NCBI GenBank assembly: GCA_049510745.1
Contig: JBEKYR010000005.1
Location: forward strand, 96,001-160,000
Length of the DNA stretch: 64,000 bases
Origin: Verrucomicrobiota bacterium
GTDB lineage: Bacteria > Verrucomicrobiota > Verrucomicrobiia > Limisphaerales > Palsa-1400
Direction: 5' to 3'
Shown one piece after another: positions 8,773 through 18,100 of this stretch (position 1 is its first letter; every line of letters begins with the position of its first letter). Under the pieces are notes generated by a model, which saw nothing but the letters and a program-made list of their open reading frames with translations, did no database searches and was not told the origin of the DNA. The translations under genes and the position numbers were made by a program.

Positions 8773-11031
8773 ATGGCGTCTCCGATTCAAGCCGGGCCTC
8801 GAAGTGAATTGCGCATCGCGGGAATGAACTGCGCCAACTGCGTCCGTCACGTCACGGATGCCTTGCAGGCCGTGGCGGGCGTGGCGAGCGCCGTTGTCTC
8901 GTTGCAGGAAGCGCGGGCGCGGGTCCGCTGGCAATCCGGCGCGACCCCGGACGTTTCCGCTCTTGCCGCGGCGGTGCGCGCGGCGGGTTATGAGGCAGAA
9001 CCGCTTTCGGCGGAAAACCAGCCGAAACGGGCCGCGCCCTTGGATGGCTGGCGTTTGAACGTGGCCGTCGGCCTTCTCTGCACCGCGCCGCTAATGGCGG
9101 GCGAATGGGTCTTTGGGCTGGGAATGAGGACTTGGTTCCATTGGCTGGCGTTTGCGCTGGCGCTTCCCGTGCAGGTTTTTTGCGGCGCGCGATTTTACAG
9201 GGGCGCCTGGCAACAACTCAAATCGGGCGGGTCAAATATGGACACGCTGGTGGCGCTGGGATCGACGGCCGCCTTCGGCTACAGCGTGTGGGCGCTCTTT
9301 TCCGGCGCGGGCGGACATCTCTATTTCATGGAAGCGGCCGCCATCATCACGTTGATCAGCGTGGGCCACTGGCTGGAGGCGCGCGCGACCAGCCATGCGG
9401 AAAAATCCCTGCGCGCCTTGTTCCAATTGGCTCCGCCTACAGCCCGCCGCCGCAACGTCGATGGCACCGAAACGCCCGTGCCCGCCGCCGAGCTTCAGCC
9501 TGGCGACAAGGTCGTTTTGCGGCCGGGCGACCGGGTCCCAACGGACGGCCAGTTGCTCGAAGGCCAGTGCAGCATGGATGAAGCGATGTTGACCGGCGAA
9601 TCGATGCCGGTGGAGAAGGCGGCGGGCGGACGCGTTTATGGCGGGACAGTGAACCTGAACGGGCAGGTTGTGATGGAGGTGACGGCGGTCGGCGACGCCA
9701 CGGCCCTGGCCCAGATCGTCGCCGCCGTCGAGCGCGCGCAGAACAGCCGGGCGGATATTCAACGTCTGGCAGACCGGGTCAGCAATGTCTTTGTGCCCAT
9801 CGTGGTGGCGATCGCCATCGGGGCCGCCCTTTGGTGGGGCTTGGCGCCCGGCCAGGCCCATCGGTTCAGCGCGTTGCTGGGCCGCTATCTGTGGCCTCCG
9901 CACATGCCATCGACGCCCCTGGCCGCGGCGATTCTCAGCGCGGTAGCGGTGTTGATTGTGGCCTGTCCGTGCGCGATGGGTTTGGCCACGCCGGTGGCGA
10001 TCATGGCGGGCGCCAACGTGGCCGCCCGGCGCGGCATTCTAATTCGAGACGGCATCGCATTGGAAAAGGCGGGCGGCATCACGGTGCTGCTGGCTGACAA
10101 AACCGGCACATTGACCTGGGGCAAACCCACTGTCGTGGCCACCGAGGGCAACGACTTGCCACTGGCCGCGTCATTGGCGGCGGGTTCCAAACATCCCCTG
10201 AGCCAGGCGGTGGCGAAACTGGCCACGGAAAGGACTTCGTTCCGGGACTGGCGGGAAATTCGCGGGTCGGGGGTGGAGGCGGTCTTGGAAGGCGCGGTCG
10301 TGGCGCGTCTGGGTTCACTGGCGTGGTTGAAGAGTTGCGGCATCGACACGCCGGACCGAAATGGATTCGCGGAAAAATGGAGCGCCGATGGCGCCACGAT
10401 TCTTGGCCTGGCGGCGGGGTCGAACTTATCAACCCTCATCGCGTTGCGGGACACCGTCAAACCGGCCGCCGCCGAAGTGGTGCGCGAGTTGACGCAAAGC
10501 GGTTTGAAAGTGTTTATGGTCACGGGTGATAATCCGCGCACGGCCCATGCCATCGCCCGCCAGGCGGGCATCGCGGCGGAAAATGTTTTCGCGCAAATCC
10601 GGCCCGAGCGCAAAGCGGAGTTGGTCAGCCAATTGCAGGCCAAAGGCGAGCGCGTGGCCTTTGTCGGCGACGGCATCAACGACGCGCCGGCGCTGGAACA
10701 GGCCGATTTGGGCATCGCCGTCAGCGAAGCCAGCGATGTCGCCGGAGCGGCGGCGGACATCATTTTGCTGAAGACGGAGATAGAGGCGATACCGGAGGCG
10801 CTGGCGTTGGCGCGGGCCACGTTGCGGACCATCCGGCAGAATTTGTTTTGGGCCTTTTTTTACAACGCCGCCGCCGTGCCCCTGGCGGCGCTGGGCTTCT
10901 TGAGTCCGATCCTTTGCGCGGCGGCGATGGGCCTTTCGGATTTGGTGGTGATTGGCAACGCCCTGCGGCTGGGCAAAACTGCCCCGAGAAAACCGGCCGC
11001 GCCTCCGTCTCTTTCCTGTCCGAATCCGTAG
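8773..11031 (+). CDS. copA: Cu(I)-type heavy-metal P1B-ATPase
   Basis: HMA GMNCANC, LTGES, CPC, DKTGTLT, HP, GDGINDAP, YN in the C-terminal TM. Confidence 0.9.
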   Translation: MASPIQAGPRSELRIAGMNCANCVRHVTDALQAVAGVASAVVSLQEARARVRWQSGATPDVSALAAAVRAAGYEAEPLSAENQPKRAAPLDGWRLNVAVGLLCTAPLMAGEWVFGLGMRTWFHWLAFALALPVQVFCGARFYRGAWQQLKSGGSNMDTLVALGSTAAFGYSVWALFSGAGGHLYFMEAAAIITLISVGHWLEARATSHAEKSLRALFQLAPPTARRRNVDGTETPVPAAELQPGDKVVLRPGDRVPTDGQLLEGQCSMDEAMLTGESMPVEKAAGGRVYGGTVNLNGQVVMEVTAVGDATALAQIVAAVERAQNSRADIQRLADRVSNVFVPIVVAIAIGAALWWGLAPGQAHRFSALLGRYLWPPHMPSTPLAAAILSAVAVLIVACPCAMGLATPVAIMAGANVAARRGILIRDGIALEKAGGITVLLADKTGTLTWGKPTVVATEGNDLPLAASLAAGSKHPLSQAVAKLATERTSFRDWREIRGSGVEAVLEGAVVARLGSLAWLKSCGIDTPDRNGFAEKWSADGATILGLAAGSNLSTLIALRDTVKPAAAEVVRELTQSGLKVFMVTGDNPRTAHAIARQAGIAAENVFAQIRPERKAELVSQLQAKGERVAFVGDGINDAPALEQADLGIAVSEASDVAGAAADIILLKTEIEAIPEALALARATLRTIRQNLFWAFFYNAAAVPLAALGFLSPILCAAAMGLSDLVVIGNALRLGKTAPRKPAAPPSLSCPNP

Positions 11032-11040
11032 CGCCTTTTT

Positions 11041-11236
11041 GGGAGCGCAATCGTCTCAAAAAATGACTCCAAAAACACTTCGCACTCCCGCATGAAATGT
11101 CATACTGTCATATGACAGTATGGATTGTTGGGCGTGCTCGAATCCTTGGCGACTTTGTGGGAGTGCGGCCATGCGATTGTCTCTAAAAATTACTTGGCGC
11201 TCCCGCATGCAATGTCATCCTGTCATATGACAGTAT
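11041..11236. repeat. Two imperfect direct copies (115-bp offset) of a motif ending in a TGTCATATGACA palindrome
   Basis: ctcccgcatg-a/c-aatgtcat-a/c-ctgtcatatgacagtat at 11085 and 11200; 11101-11122 is a perfect 22-bp palindrome. Confidence 0.85.
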
Positions 11237-11297
11237 TCATTTCCGGCTGGCTGCAACGCTGGCGCGCTGGTGTGCCGGTCTGGTGAACAGAGCGACA

Positions 11298-12965
11298 TCA
11301 TCGCTGAGAATCGGGGTTTGTGACGAAGCGGGCCGAATAAAACGCCGGCTGCCCCTGCGCATCACACCAGGTTTGGATGGATAGGCGCTTGCCGGCAGGC
11401 GGGACGAGCCGGGCGAAGTTGTGACCGAACGTGAACAGGCTGTATTGATCCGGGTGAAAAAGGTAAACCAAATTGTCCCCATCGGGTGGACTTGACAGGT
11501 CCACGCCGGGGTTCGCATTCCATTGCCAGATCGGTTCCTCCATGCGCGGGCCGTCGGCCAGGAATAGCAGTGGCTCGTTAAATCCCCAATCCAGGCTGAT
11601 GATGACGAGGTCGGTGCGGCCTTTGACCTTCTGGCAGAATTGGACCAACGCCTCGCTCCACCAACCCCGTCCGCCCGTTTCCCGAATCAACCGCTGGGTT
11701 CGGGCAATCGCCACGGTCTGCCAGCCGAGCAGGACGACAAAGCCGGCCGCGAGCAGAGCGCGCCCGGTTCGCGCGGCGCGCCGCCCGTCGCTCCACCGTT
11801 GCCACCCGCCCACCAGCGCGGCGGCGATGATCAAATGCGGAAAGGGCAGAACCAGGAGAGCGTGATGCAGCCGCACCGCCCCCGGCAGCAGCAGGACGCC
11901 CGCCGTCACAAAAACGGTTGTCAAGAGGAGAAATAGGGACAGGCGTCTGGCTTTTTCCTCGCCGTCCCGCCGGAGCACTCCGGCCGCCAGCGCCACTGCG
12001 GCCGCCGCCAACACCACCGAAAAAGGCGTCCACGCCGCCGACGGGACTTGGCACATGGTGTCAAATCGCCCGCCGGCCGCCATCAGCCGGTAAAAATACG
12101 ATCCGTCGCCCATCATTTGCAGAGTGTGGAGTTTCTCGTTCAACTCGCCCGGGGGGGCAAAGCCATGATGATGGGCATGGATTTCAGCCACTTGCGAGAG
12201 CATCAGCCCGCCGCCGAGCAAAAAGCCCAGGCCGCCCATCTCCGCCAACAGGCGGCGGCGGACCACAAACGCGGCAAGCGGGCGGCCAAACGCCCCCGCA
12301 GCGCCCAACCCCGCGCCCAGCAACAGGACCGCGAAGTCGATCTTATTGAACAATCCCAGCCCGAGGCAGAAGCCCGCCAGGAACGCGTCGCGGGCCTTTC
12401 CTTTCTCCCACGCGCGCACCGCGAAAAGGAAACCGGCGAACCGGAAGAGCAAACCCGGCGCGGCGGAGCCCCAGTCAAGCACACCTGTGAAAAAGAACGC
12501 CGGGTCCAGCGCCAGCAGCGGGCCGGCGGCCAGCGCCACTTTCAGCCCCGCCATGCGCCAGGTCCAGAGCATGAACAAGAGCAACCCGGCCGCGCTCCAG
12601 GCCAGGTTGGTCAGGCGCAGCGCCGGCACGTTCGGTCCAAAGAGCGCCACCGAAGGAATCAGCATCCAGCTCTTGACGGCTCCCAGGTAGGATTGGACAA
12701 AGACAGGAAACGGACGGCCAAAGACCTCGACCACCCCGGTATTGGGCATGTGCTGGCCGCGCGCCGGGCCGGCCACAAAATCCCTGGCCAACCCCCCAAA
12801 AATGGCCTCGTCATAATACAGGCCCGGCTGGAACGCGTTCTCTCCGCCCAAGCAAAACAGAATCGCGGCCAGCGCCAGCCAGACACCGAGCACCGCCCGC
12901 AGTTCGCCGGAGCGGTTGCCGGCCCTGGCCGCCGGCTCGGAGGAATCTGGAGAATCACTTTGCAT
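11298..12965 (-). CDS. GT-C fold glycosyltransferase (ArnT/PMT family 39-like)
   Basis: Polytopic membrane protein; PGLYYDEA acidic motif after TM1; GLGLFNK; start uncertain. Confidence 0.75.
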   Translation of the reverse strand: MQSDSPDSSEPAARAGNRSGELRAVLGVWLALAAILFCLGGENAFQPGLYYDEAIFGGLARDFVAGPARGQHMPNTGVVEVFGRPFPVFVQSYLGAVKSWMLIPSVALFGPNVPALRLTNLAWSAAGLLLFMLWTWRMAGLKVALAAGPLLALDPAFFFTGVLDWGSAAPGLLFRFAGFLFAVRAWEKGKARDAFLAGFCLGLGLFNKIDFAVLLLGAGLGAAGAFGRPLAAFVVRRRLLAEMGGLGFLLGGGLMLSQVAEIHAHHHGFAPPGELNEKLHTLQMMGDGSYFYRLMAAGGRFDTMCQVPSAAWTPFSVVLAAAAVALAAGVLRRDGEEKARRLSLFLLLTTVFVTAGVLLLPGAVRLHHALLVLPFPHLIIAAALVGGWQRWSDGRRAARTGRALLAAGFVVLLGWQTVAIARTQRLIRETGGRGWWSEALVQFCQKVKGRTDLVIISLDWGFNEPLLFLADGPRMEEPIWQWNANPGVDLSSPPDGDNLVYLFHPDQYSLFTFGHNFARLVPPAGKRLSIQTWCDAQGQPAFYSARFVTNPDSQR

Positions 12966-13012
12966 TCCGCGGCACCCGCGTAATCGTGTGTTTTTGGAGA
13001 GCGGGGCCTTGG

Positions 13013-13240
13013 TCAAGACTTGCGGCAGCGCGAGGCCAACGCCTTCACGACAGGAACAAGTCGGCAGTCTTCCAACGGGCGGTAATGCAGTGGCCTGCGG
13101 CGGGCGCGTTTGAGCCAAGCCACATCCTCGGCGTCCTCCACGCGCTCCAAGAGTTCTTCATAATTCTTGATGGGGATGATGACCGAGACGGGTTTGCCGT
13201 TGCGCGTCACGATTTCAGGTTCTGGCATTGTCGCCTTCAT
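13013..13240 (-). CDS. Phd/YefM-like antitoxin (orphan, possibly with run-on C-terminus)
   Basis: EIVTRNGKPVSVIIPIKNYEELLERVEDAED is a typical Phd-like signature. Confidence 0.75.
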   Translation of the reverse strand: MKATMPEPEIVTRNGKPVSVIIPIKNYEELLERVEDAEDVAWLKRARRRPLHYRPLEDCRLVPVVKALASRCRKS

Positions 13241-13264
13241 AGTCGTGGATTACCGTCTCCACGT

Positions 13265-13453
13265 TCAGGCACGCGGAGTGTTCTCCTCCTCATCCAGCGC
13301 GCGGAAAGATGCCGCCGCCAGAGCCGCGAAATCGTCATCCGTCAAATCATCAGACATGGGAGCACGTTCGACGATGGCGCGTCGAAGCTGTTGACGCTCC
13401 TTTTCCGAAAGCTGCTCGAACTCGCCAAGAATTTGAGTGACTGCTTGTGTCAT
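13265..13453 (-). CDS. Small acidic hypothetical protein, antitoxin-like (62 aa)
   Basis: MTQAVTQILGEFEQLSEKERQQL...LTDDDFAALAAASFRALDEEE; size, acidity and position next to a Phd gene. Confidence 0.55.
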   Translation of the reverse strand: MTQAVTQILGEFEQLSEKERQQLRRAIVERAPMSDDLTDDDFAALAAASFRALDEEENTPRA

Positions 13454-13542
13454 GTCCTGAACATACGCCGACGGAAAGGACTGAGCAAGCGCCGGGTATT
13501 AAGCGATTGACAAGCAGTACGATTCGTGATAAAGGAGCGATC

Positions 13543-14172
13543 ATGACTAAGGAAGGGATTATCATTGCCGCTTTCACGACAATGGCCATGTTCTCTTTAC
13601 AACGGTTGGAAGCTCAGGGGACATTAACGATGGCGACTGATCCGACATTCGGGCCAAACTCACTAATTGTTGACACGGCAACAGGTCTGAACTGGCTAAA
13701 CCTAAAATACACAGATGGCTTGAGTTATGACCAGGTCATTGGGGAGATGGCGCCGGGAGAGCTCTTCGCGGGATTTACGTATGCTAGCTCTGCCCAGGTG
13801 ACTACACTTTTTGCGGATGGTACGCCAGGGAACGCAAATTATTCGCCCACGAGTCCTGCAATTGCGACATTCATTGATTTGGTTGGAAGCACCGGAGAGC
13901 AGAACGGATACCCTTACTCCATGGGTGAAGTGCTAAACGGACCACCTGGTATTATTGGTGGCGAGCTTATCATACCGACGTGGGGCCTTTTTGTTGCAGG
14001 TTACAACGGCGTCTTTTCTTATGGTGTGCAGGGGTCCAGGCAAGGAGAGTGGTACGGGGGCGGTTTCGGAAGCTGGCTTGTGGAAGCTGTACCGGAGCCC
14101 AAGACATGGTGCTTGTGTTTGCTTGCCGCACCATTTGTAATCAGCGCGGTTCGGAAAAGAAGCAGAATATGA
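13543..14172 (+). CDS. PEP-CTERM sorting-domain secreted protein
   Basis: Signal peptide; C-terminal VPEP + hydrophobic stretch + RKRSR; lower GC than host genes. Confidence 0.85.
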   Translation: MTKEGIIIAAFTTMAMFSLQRLEAQGTLTMATDPTFGPNSLIVDTATGLNWLNLKYTDGLSYDQVIGEMAPGELFAGFTYASSAQVTTLFADGTPGNANYSPTSPAIATFIDLVGSTGEQNGYPYSMGEVLNGPPGIIGGELIIPTWGLFVAGYNGVFSYGVQGSRQGEWYGGGFGSWLVEAVPEPKTWCLCLLAAPFVISAVRKRSRI

Positions 14173-14385
14173 TACTGTTTGGGATTTTTTAGCGGATTTC
14201 TGAGGATTCGTGAGGAGCGCGCGATTTCGGAAGCGCCCTAACGATAACGCCTTGCAACGTGTGAGGATTGGTGAGTAAATAGTATTGTCACTTTCGAGTC
14301 AGTCAGCCTTATGCCAGTTGCGCTGATATGATACATGAATATAACTAATGCGTTAATTTTTCGCTTGCTTTGTTCGCTCTGTTCG

Positions 14386-14424
14386 TAATGCGGGGAATGG
14401 CGGGAGTGGCGGGGCTCGAACCCG
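14386..14424. repeat. att direct repeat (duplicated 3' end of tRNA-Asp), 39 bp
   Basis: TAATGCGGGGAATGGCGGGAGTGGCGGGGCTCGAACCCG is identical to 19307-19345. Confidence 0.97.
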
Positions 14425-14607
14425 CTACGAATCATTGCAAATCAAGGACTTAGGTGGGCTGCCATCACAAGGAGCCTCACAAATCTCTGGCGTGTTGGGG
14501 CAGGACCTGTCACGCGTAGTCACTGCATGGGCTGATCTTCCTCCGCCTCTCAAGGCTGCAATCCTCGCCATTATCGAGGCCGCCGGGAAATAGGAAAGCG
14601 GCTACCT

Positions 14608-15546
14608 GTGGACACGCAAGCCAGTGGGGGCACGGAAGGGCCGGGGGCGGAGCGGCGCGAAGCGCCGCCCGCACCCGGCCTTCCTTGTCTAAATAGTAAC
14701 AATTCAGACAACGCGGAAGCGAGTCCGTGGAATCTCCTGACGGGTTCGCATCGCAAGGTGGCCTTCTGTCTGCAAGGAGAAATTCTCGCTTTGGTTGAGG
14801 ACTTCGGTATTGAGCATCTTGGATTTTTAACCCTCACTTTTGCTGATCATGTCGTTGACATCAGGGAAGCGTCTCGGCGGTTTAACAATCTCAACCGGCG
14901 CGTATTGAAGGCCCGTTACAAGCGCCTGGTGGCGGTGCCAGAGCGGACGAAGATTCAGAGGCTGCATTTCCACTGCCTGTGCGTGTTAGACGTTGATATC
15001 CGCACTGGCTGCGATTTTGAGGCTTTCAAGAAAGGGGATTACCGGTCGGCATCGGCGGTTCTTAAGTCCGAGTGGAAGTTTTGGCGCGAGACTGCGCCCA
15101 AGTATGGCTTCGGTCGGACTGAGTTGCTGCCGGTTAAGTCAACCGCCGAGGGCATCTCGAAATACGTTGGGAAATACATCGCCAAGCACATCGACTGCCG
15201 GGTCGAAAAGGACAAAGGCGCGAGGTTGGTTCGCTACATCGGTTATCGCCCTGGGGAGCGGTCGTTCCACCCACACATGATGTTCAATTCGGAGCATGCC
15301 TGGCTGTGGCGGCAGAAGGTAGAAAAGTTCACCCGCCAAAATCGCATTTTTGACATGGAGCATTTCACGAAGATTTGCGGGCCTCGTTGGTGCTACTTTT
15401 TTCAAGACGCGATTCTTCACACGGATTTGCCTCCTGGCACGGTGTTTCCGTCGTTGGCTCTGGGGTTGGACGAGTCGGAGCGCAAGAGCGCCAGGGAGTG
15501 TTTGCTTTTGAAAGTTCGTCTTTGCAAAGACATCGACAAGCTGTGA
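14608..15546 (+). CDS. HUH-family rolling-circle replication initiator
   Basis: Motif I FLTLTF, motif II LHFHCL, motif III KYVGKYIAK in the canonical order; start codon (GTG) uncertain. Confidence 0.85.
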   Translation: MDTQASGGTEGPGAERREAPPAPGLPCLNSNNSDNAEASPWNLLTGSHRKVAFCLQGEILALVEDFGIEHLGFLTLTFADHVVDIREASRRFNNLNRRVLKARYKRLVAVPERTKIQRLHFHCLCVLDVDIRTGCDFEAFKKGDYRSASAVLKSEWKFWRETAPKYGFGRTELLPVKSTAEGISKYVGKYIAKHIDCRVEKDKGARLVRYIGYRPGERSFHPHMMFNSEHAWLWRQKVEKFTRQNRIFDMEHFTKICGPRWCYFFQDAILHTDLPPGTVFPSLALGLDESERKSARECLLLKVRLCKDIDKL

Positions 15547-15748
15547 GTCCGCACTGTCAATTACACCGTGTAACCTCGGAACTGCGCGGAGCGTAACCAA
15601 CACAACCAAACAGGACCACCCTTGCCACCCTGGGCAATAGGGAGAACCTGGCATTGGAAAAAACCATCCTGGGCAAGGGGCATCTCAATGCGATTTGTCT
15701 TGCTAGGGCCATCAAAAAGCGCAATGGTGGCCGAAATTTAAAACACGC

Positions 15749-16594
15749 ATGACAATCGTTGTTGGACTAATAGGCAAGGAATCAATCGTTTTAGCGAGTG
15801 ACAGCCAGTCAACCTATGGAGTGGCAAAGTTACTGAACGCAAGAAAAATAGGCGTCGTCGCATTTGAAAATGGAACGGCACTTGTTGCACAAGCTGGCGC
15901 GGCGTATCCGGCGTCTCGCGCAGTGCAACTTTTTGAACGGAAGGCAAAAAGCCTTCGCGTTACTGATTCCGAATCGTTTATTAAGGCCGCTCGTGACTCT
16001 GTATTAGAAGTGAAACATTGCCTAATTGAAGGACAAGGGGGAGCAGCGTTTTCAGAAGATAGACGGGAGCAATTTTTTAGATGTGACTACTACTTTAAAT
16101 TGATGGTCGCTTACTATCTTAACGACCAGCCTTTCATTTTCACGATTGATAGTTATGACTGTCTGCCGGTCCATCTGAAATCGGATTATGTGGCAATGGG
16201 ATGCGGTGACACTTTAGCGTATTACCTTTTAAGCGAGATTGTGGAACTAGGGATGCCATTTACGAACTGCATGGCGCGTGCAATCTACGTTGTGGAAAAG
16301 GTCAAACAAAACGTTGAGGGATGCGGGGGATCGACATGCGTTGGAGTTGTTCATAACGTCCCTGATTCGGATGATGATTATACCGCGAAAGTCCGCCGTT
16401 CAAAAGGATTGACATTACCGTATAGCAGTGCTCGTGTTCTTGATCAAAATAGAATCAGCGATATTGCAAGGAGACTTACAGACGTTGATTTTAAATGCAG
16501 GAAAGATAGAAACAAGCAAATTATAGCGATGATTCAAGGTGTGGAGGCTGATTATCAGAACGAATGGGACGAATCGCCGGAGGAAGTACAATGA
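15749..16594 (+). CDS. Proteasome-beta/Ntn-hydrolase-like protein without propeptide
   Basis: M-T1IVVGL..IVLASD17SQST..RK32I..AQAG..YVAMGCG..GCGG follows the Thr1/Asp17/Lys33/Gly47/GSG/SGG pattern; strongly AT-rich. Confidence 0.75.
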   Translation: MTIVVGLIGKESIVLASDSQSTYGVAKLLNARKIGVVAFENGTALVAQAGAAYPASRAVQLFERKAKSLRVTDSESFIKAARDSVLEVKHCLIEGQGGAAFSEDRREQFFRCDYYFKLMVAYYLNDQPFIFTIDSYDCLPVHLKSDYVAMGCGDTLAYYLLSEIVELGMPFTNCMARAIYVVEKVKQNVEGCGGSTCVGVVHNVPDSDDDYTAKVRRSKGLTLPYSSARVLDQNRISDIARRLTDVDFKCRKDRNKQIIAMIQGVEADYQNEWDESPEEVQ

Positions 16595-16713
16595 GTAAGC
16601 CAGGTATCCAAGTCGGTTTTTACTGGCGATAACCAGGATTTGTTTCTTGAAGACACTGTTCCTGTTTTGAGGACTGCGTGCGGCTTAGTGCAGTATCACA
16701 TGTGGCAGCAAAT

Positions 16714-17154
16714 TTACTTGAGGTTTTGCCACCGGACCAATATTCCATCGCTGAAATAGAGGAAAATGTCCGGTTCGGCAGTTTCGAGAGTGACAGGGTC
16801 GGGATCTAAATATGACCATAAATCAAATGAACCGCCAATTCCTTGACTTGTTTCAATATGCCACGGGCGGCCCATGACCACGCGGACTTGCTCTTCGTCC
16901 ATACCGATTGAAATCCGTCCGTTCTTGAAGTTGTCCAGCAATCTGGGGTCGGCATTTGGATGTGCTTCCATGTATGCTCGCGCTCTCTCGGAAATTGCAG
17001 ACGGGAGACGTTGGTCGAGTTCGTCGAGCGTAAATTGCGCTGCGGATTTATAGTGCTCTGTGGCCGTGTCGGCAGGGGGTTGTCCATATTGAGGGGGGAT
17101 GGGAGACCCACATCCCGCGATTGCGACAAGAATGACTGACAGAACGATTCTCAT
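16714..17154 (-). CDS. Predicted lipoprotein with SmpA/BamE-like small domain
   Basis: Lipobox IAGC; IGMDEEQVRVVMGRP...WSY...LYFSDGILVRWQ. Confidence 0.65.
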   Translation of the reverse strand: MRIVLSVILVAIAGCGSPIPPQYGQPPADTATEHYKSAAQFTLDELDQRLPSAISERARAYMEAHPNADPRLLDNFKNGRISIGMDEEQVRVVMGRPWHIETSQGIGGSFDLWSYLDPDPVTLETAEPDIFLYFSDGILVRWQNLK

Positions 17155-17478
17155 TGTTTGGATAGTATCACGCCCGATAGCTGTCCGTCAATAATGTGAG
17201 AATGCGCCTGGTGGTGACGGCATTGGCCGCAGTGTTGCGGTGGCAGAAAGGGCGCAATCCTGGGGACAAGGACGACACGACCAGGCACTTGTCGGGGCGG
17301 AGCGTTCGCGTGTTGGCATTTGGCTTGGCCTTTGTGTTCGCAGCAAGCCGGATGCCAACACGGGAACGCGCAGCGGGGAAATGCTCATGGTTTCTAATGT
17401 GATAATGATTGCAATTAGAATTACTAAAAACGTTTTTATTTGATTGCTATGTTCGTTTTGTTCGTTTAGTTTGATGCC

Positions 17479-17877
17479 ATGAAAAGAAAACGAACAGGCG
17501 CGAAAGTGATAGCCGGGAAGGCAACGCAAAAGGCCCCCGTGCGAGCGGAACAAAAATCAGAGAACCAATGGCCGCCCGGGCATCTCACAGAATCCTCGGA
17601 TGGGGTGCTGAGAATCCGTCCGTTTCCAGAGAGCCTTCTGCACGAAGCCGAACGAGAGCCTGATCATGTGGACTTGGCGGAATACTGGCGGGTGATTTTT
17701 AAGCTGCGCGAAAAGGGCTTCACGTTTCGTGATATTGCACTGTGGCTTTCGGAGCGCAACGTTGAGGCGGACCACAACGCCGTTTATCGGGTGTACTCCA
17801 ATCATATGACCGCCGAGCAGACTGCAATAGAATCGGACCTGGAAGAACGGGAAAAGCAAATGATCGAGGAGTTGTGA
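17479..17877 (+). CDS. Hypothetical protein with probable HTH
   Basis: LREKGFTFRDIALWLSERNVEADHNAVYR resembles an HTH; first gene of the run leading to int. Confidence 0.6.
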   Translation: MKRKRTGAKVIAGKATQKAPVRAEQKSENQWPPGHLTESSDGVLRIRPFPESLLHEAEREPDHVDLAEYWRVIFKLREKGFTFRDIALWLSERNVEADHNAVYRVYSNHMTAEQTAIESDLEEREKQMIEEL

Positions 17878-17878
17878 T

Positions 17879-18100
17879 ATGTCTGACGTTGTCGAAAGGG
17901 CGAGCGAGGGCAATGCGGAATCGAAACTGGTGCGGCTGAAAGGGGCGGCGGCTCGGCTTGGTGTCAGTGTGCGGACATTGTACCGCATCATTGCGGAAGG
18001 GGGCTTGCCCTTGGTGCATATTCGAGGGTGTTCGTGTTTGAAAGAAGGCGACTTGAGCGCTTACGTGGAAAAAAGCAAACGAAGGAAAATTTATGATTAA
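17879..18100 (+). CDS. Excisionase/AlpA-like HTH protein
   Basis: LVRLKGAAARLGVSVRTLYRII.EG.LP.V.IRG; 73 aa, overlaps the integrase start. Confidence 0.88.
   Translation: MSDVVERASEGNAESKLVRLKGAAARLGVSVRTLYRIIAEGGLPLVHIRGCSCLKEGDLSAYVEKSKRRKIYD

Noticed and set aside
14386..14424. Second tRNA gene
   Set aside because: Only the 3' 26 nt of tRNA-Asp are present; this is the att duplication.
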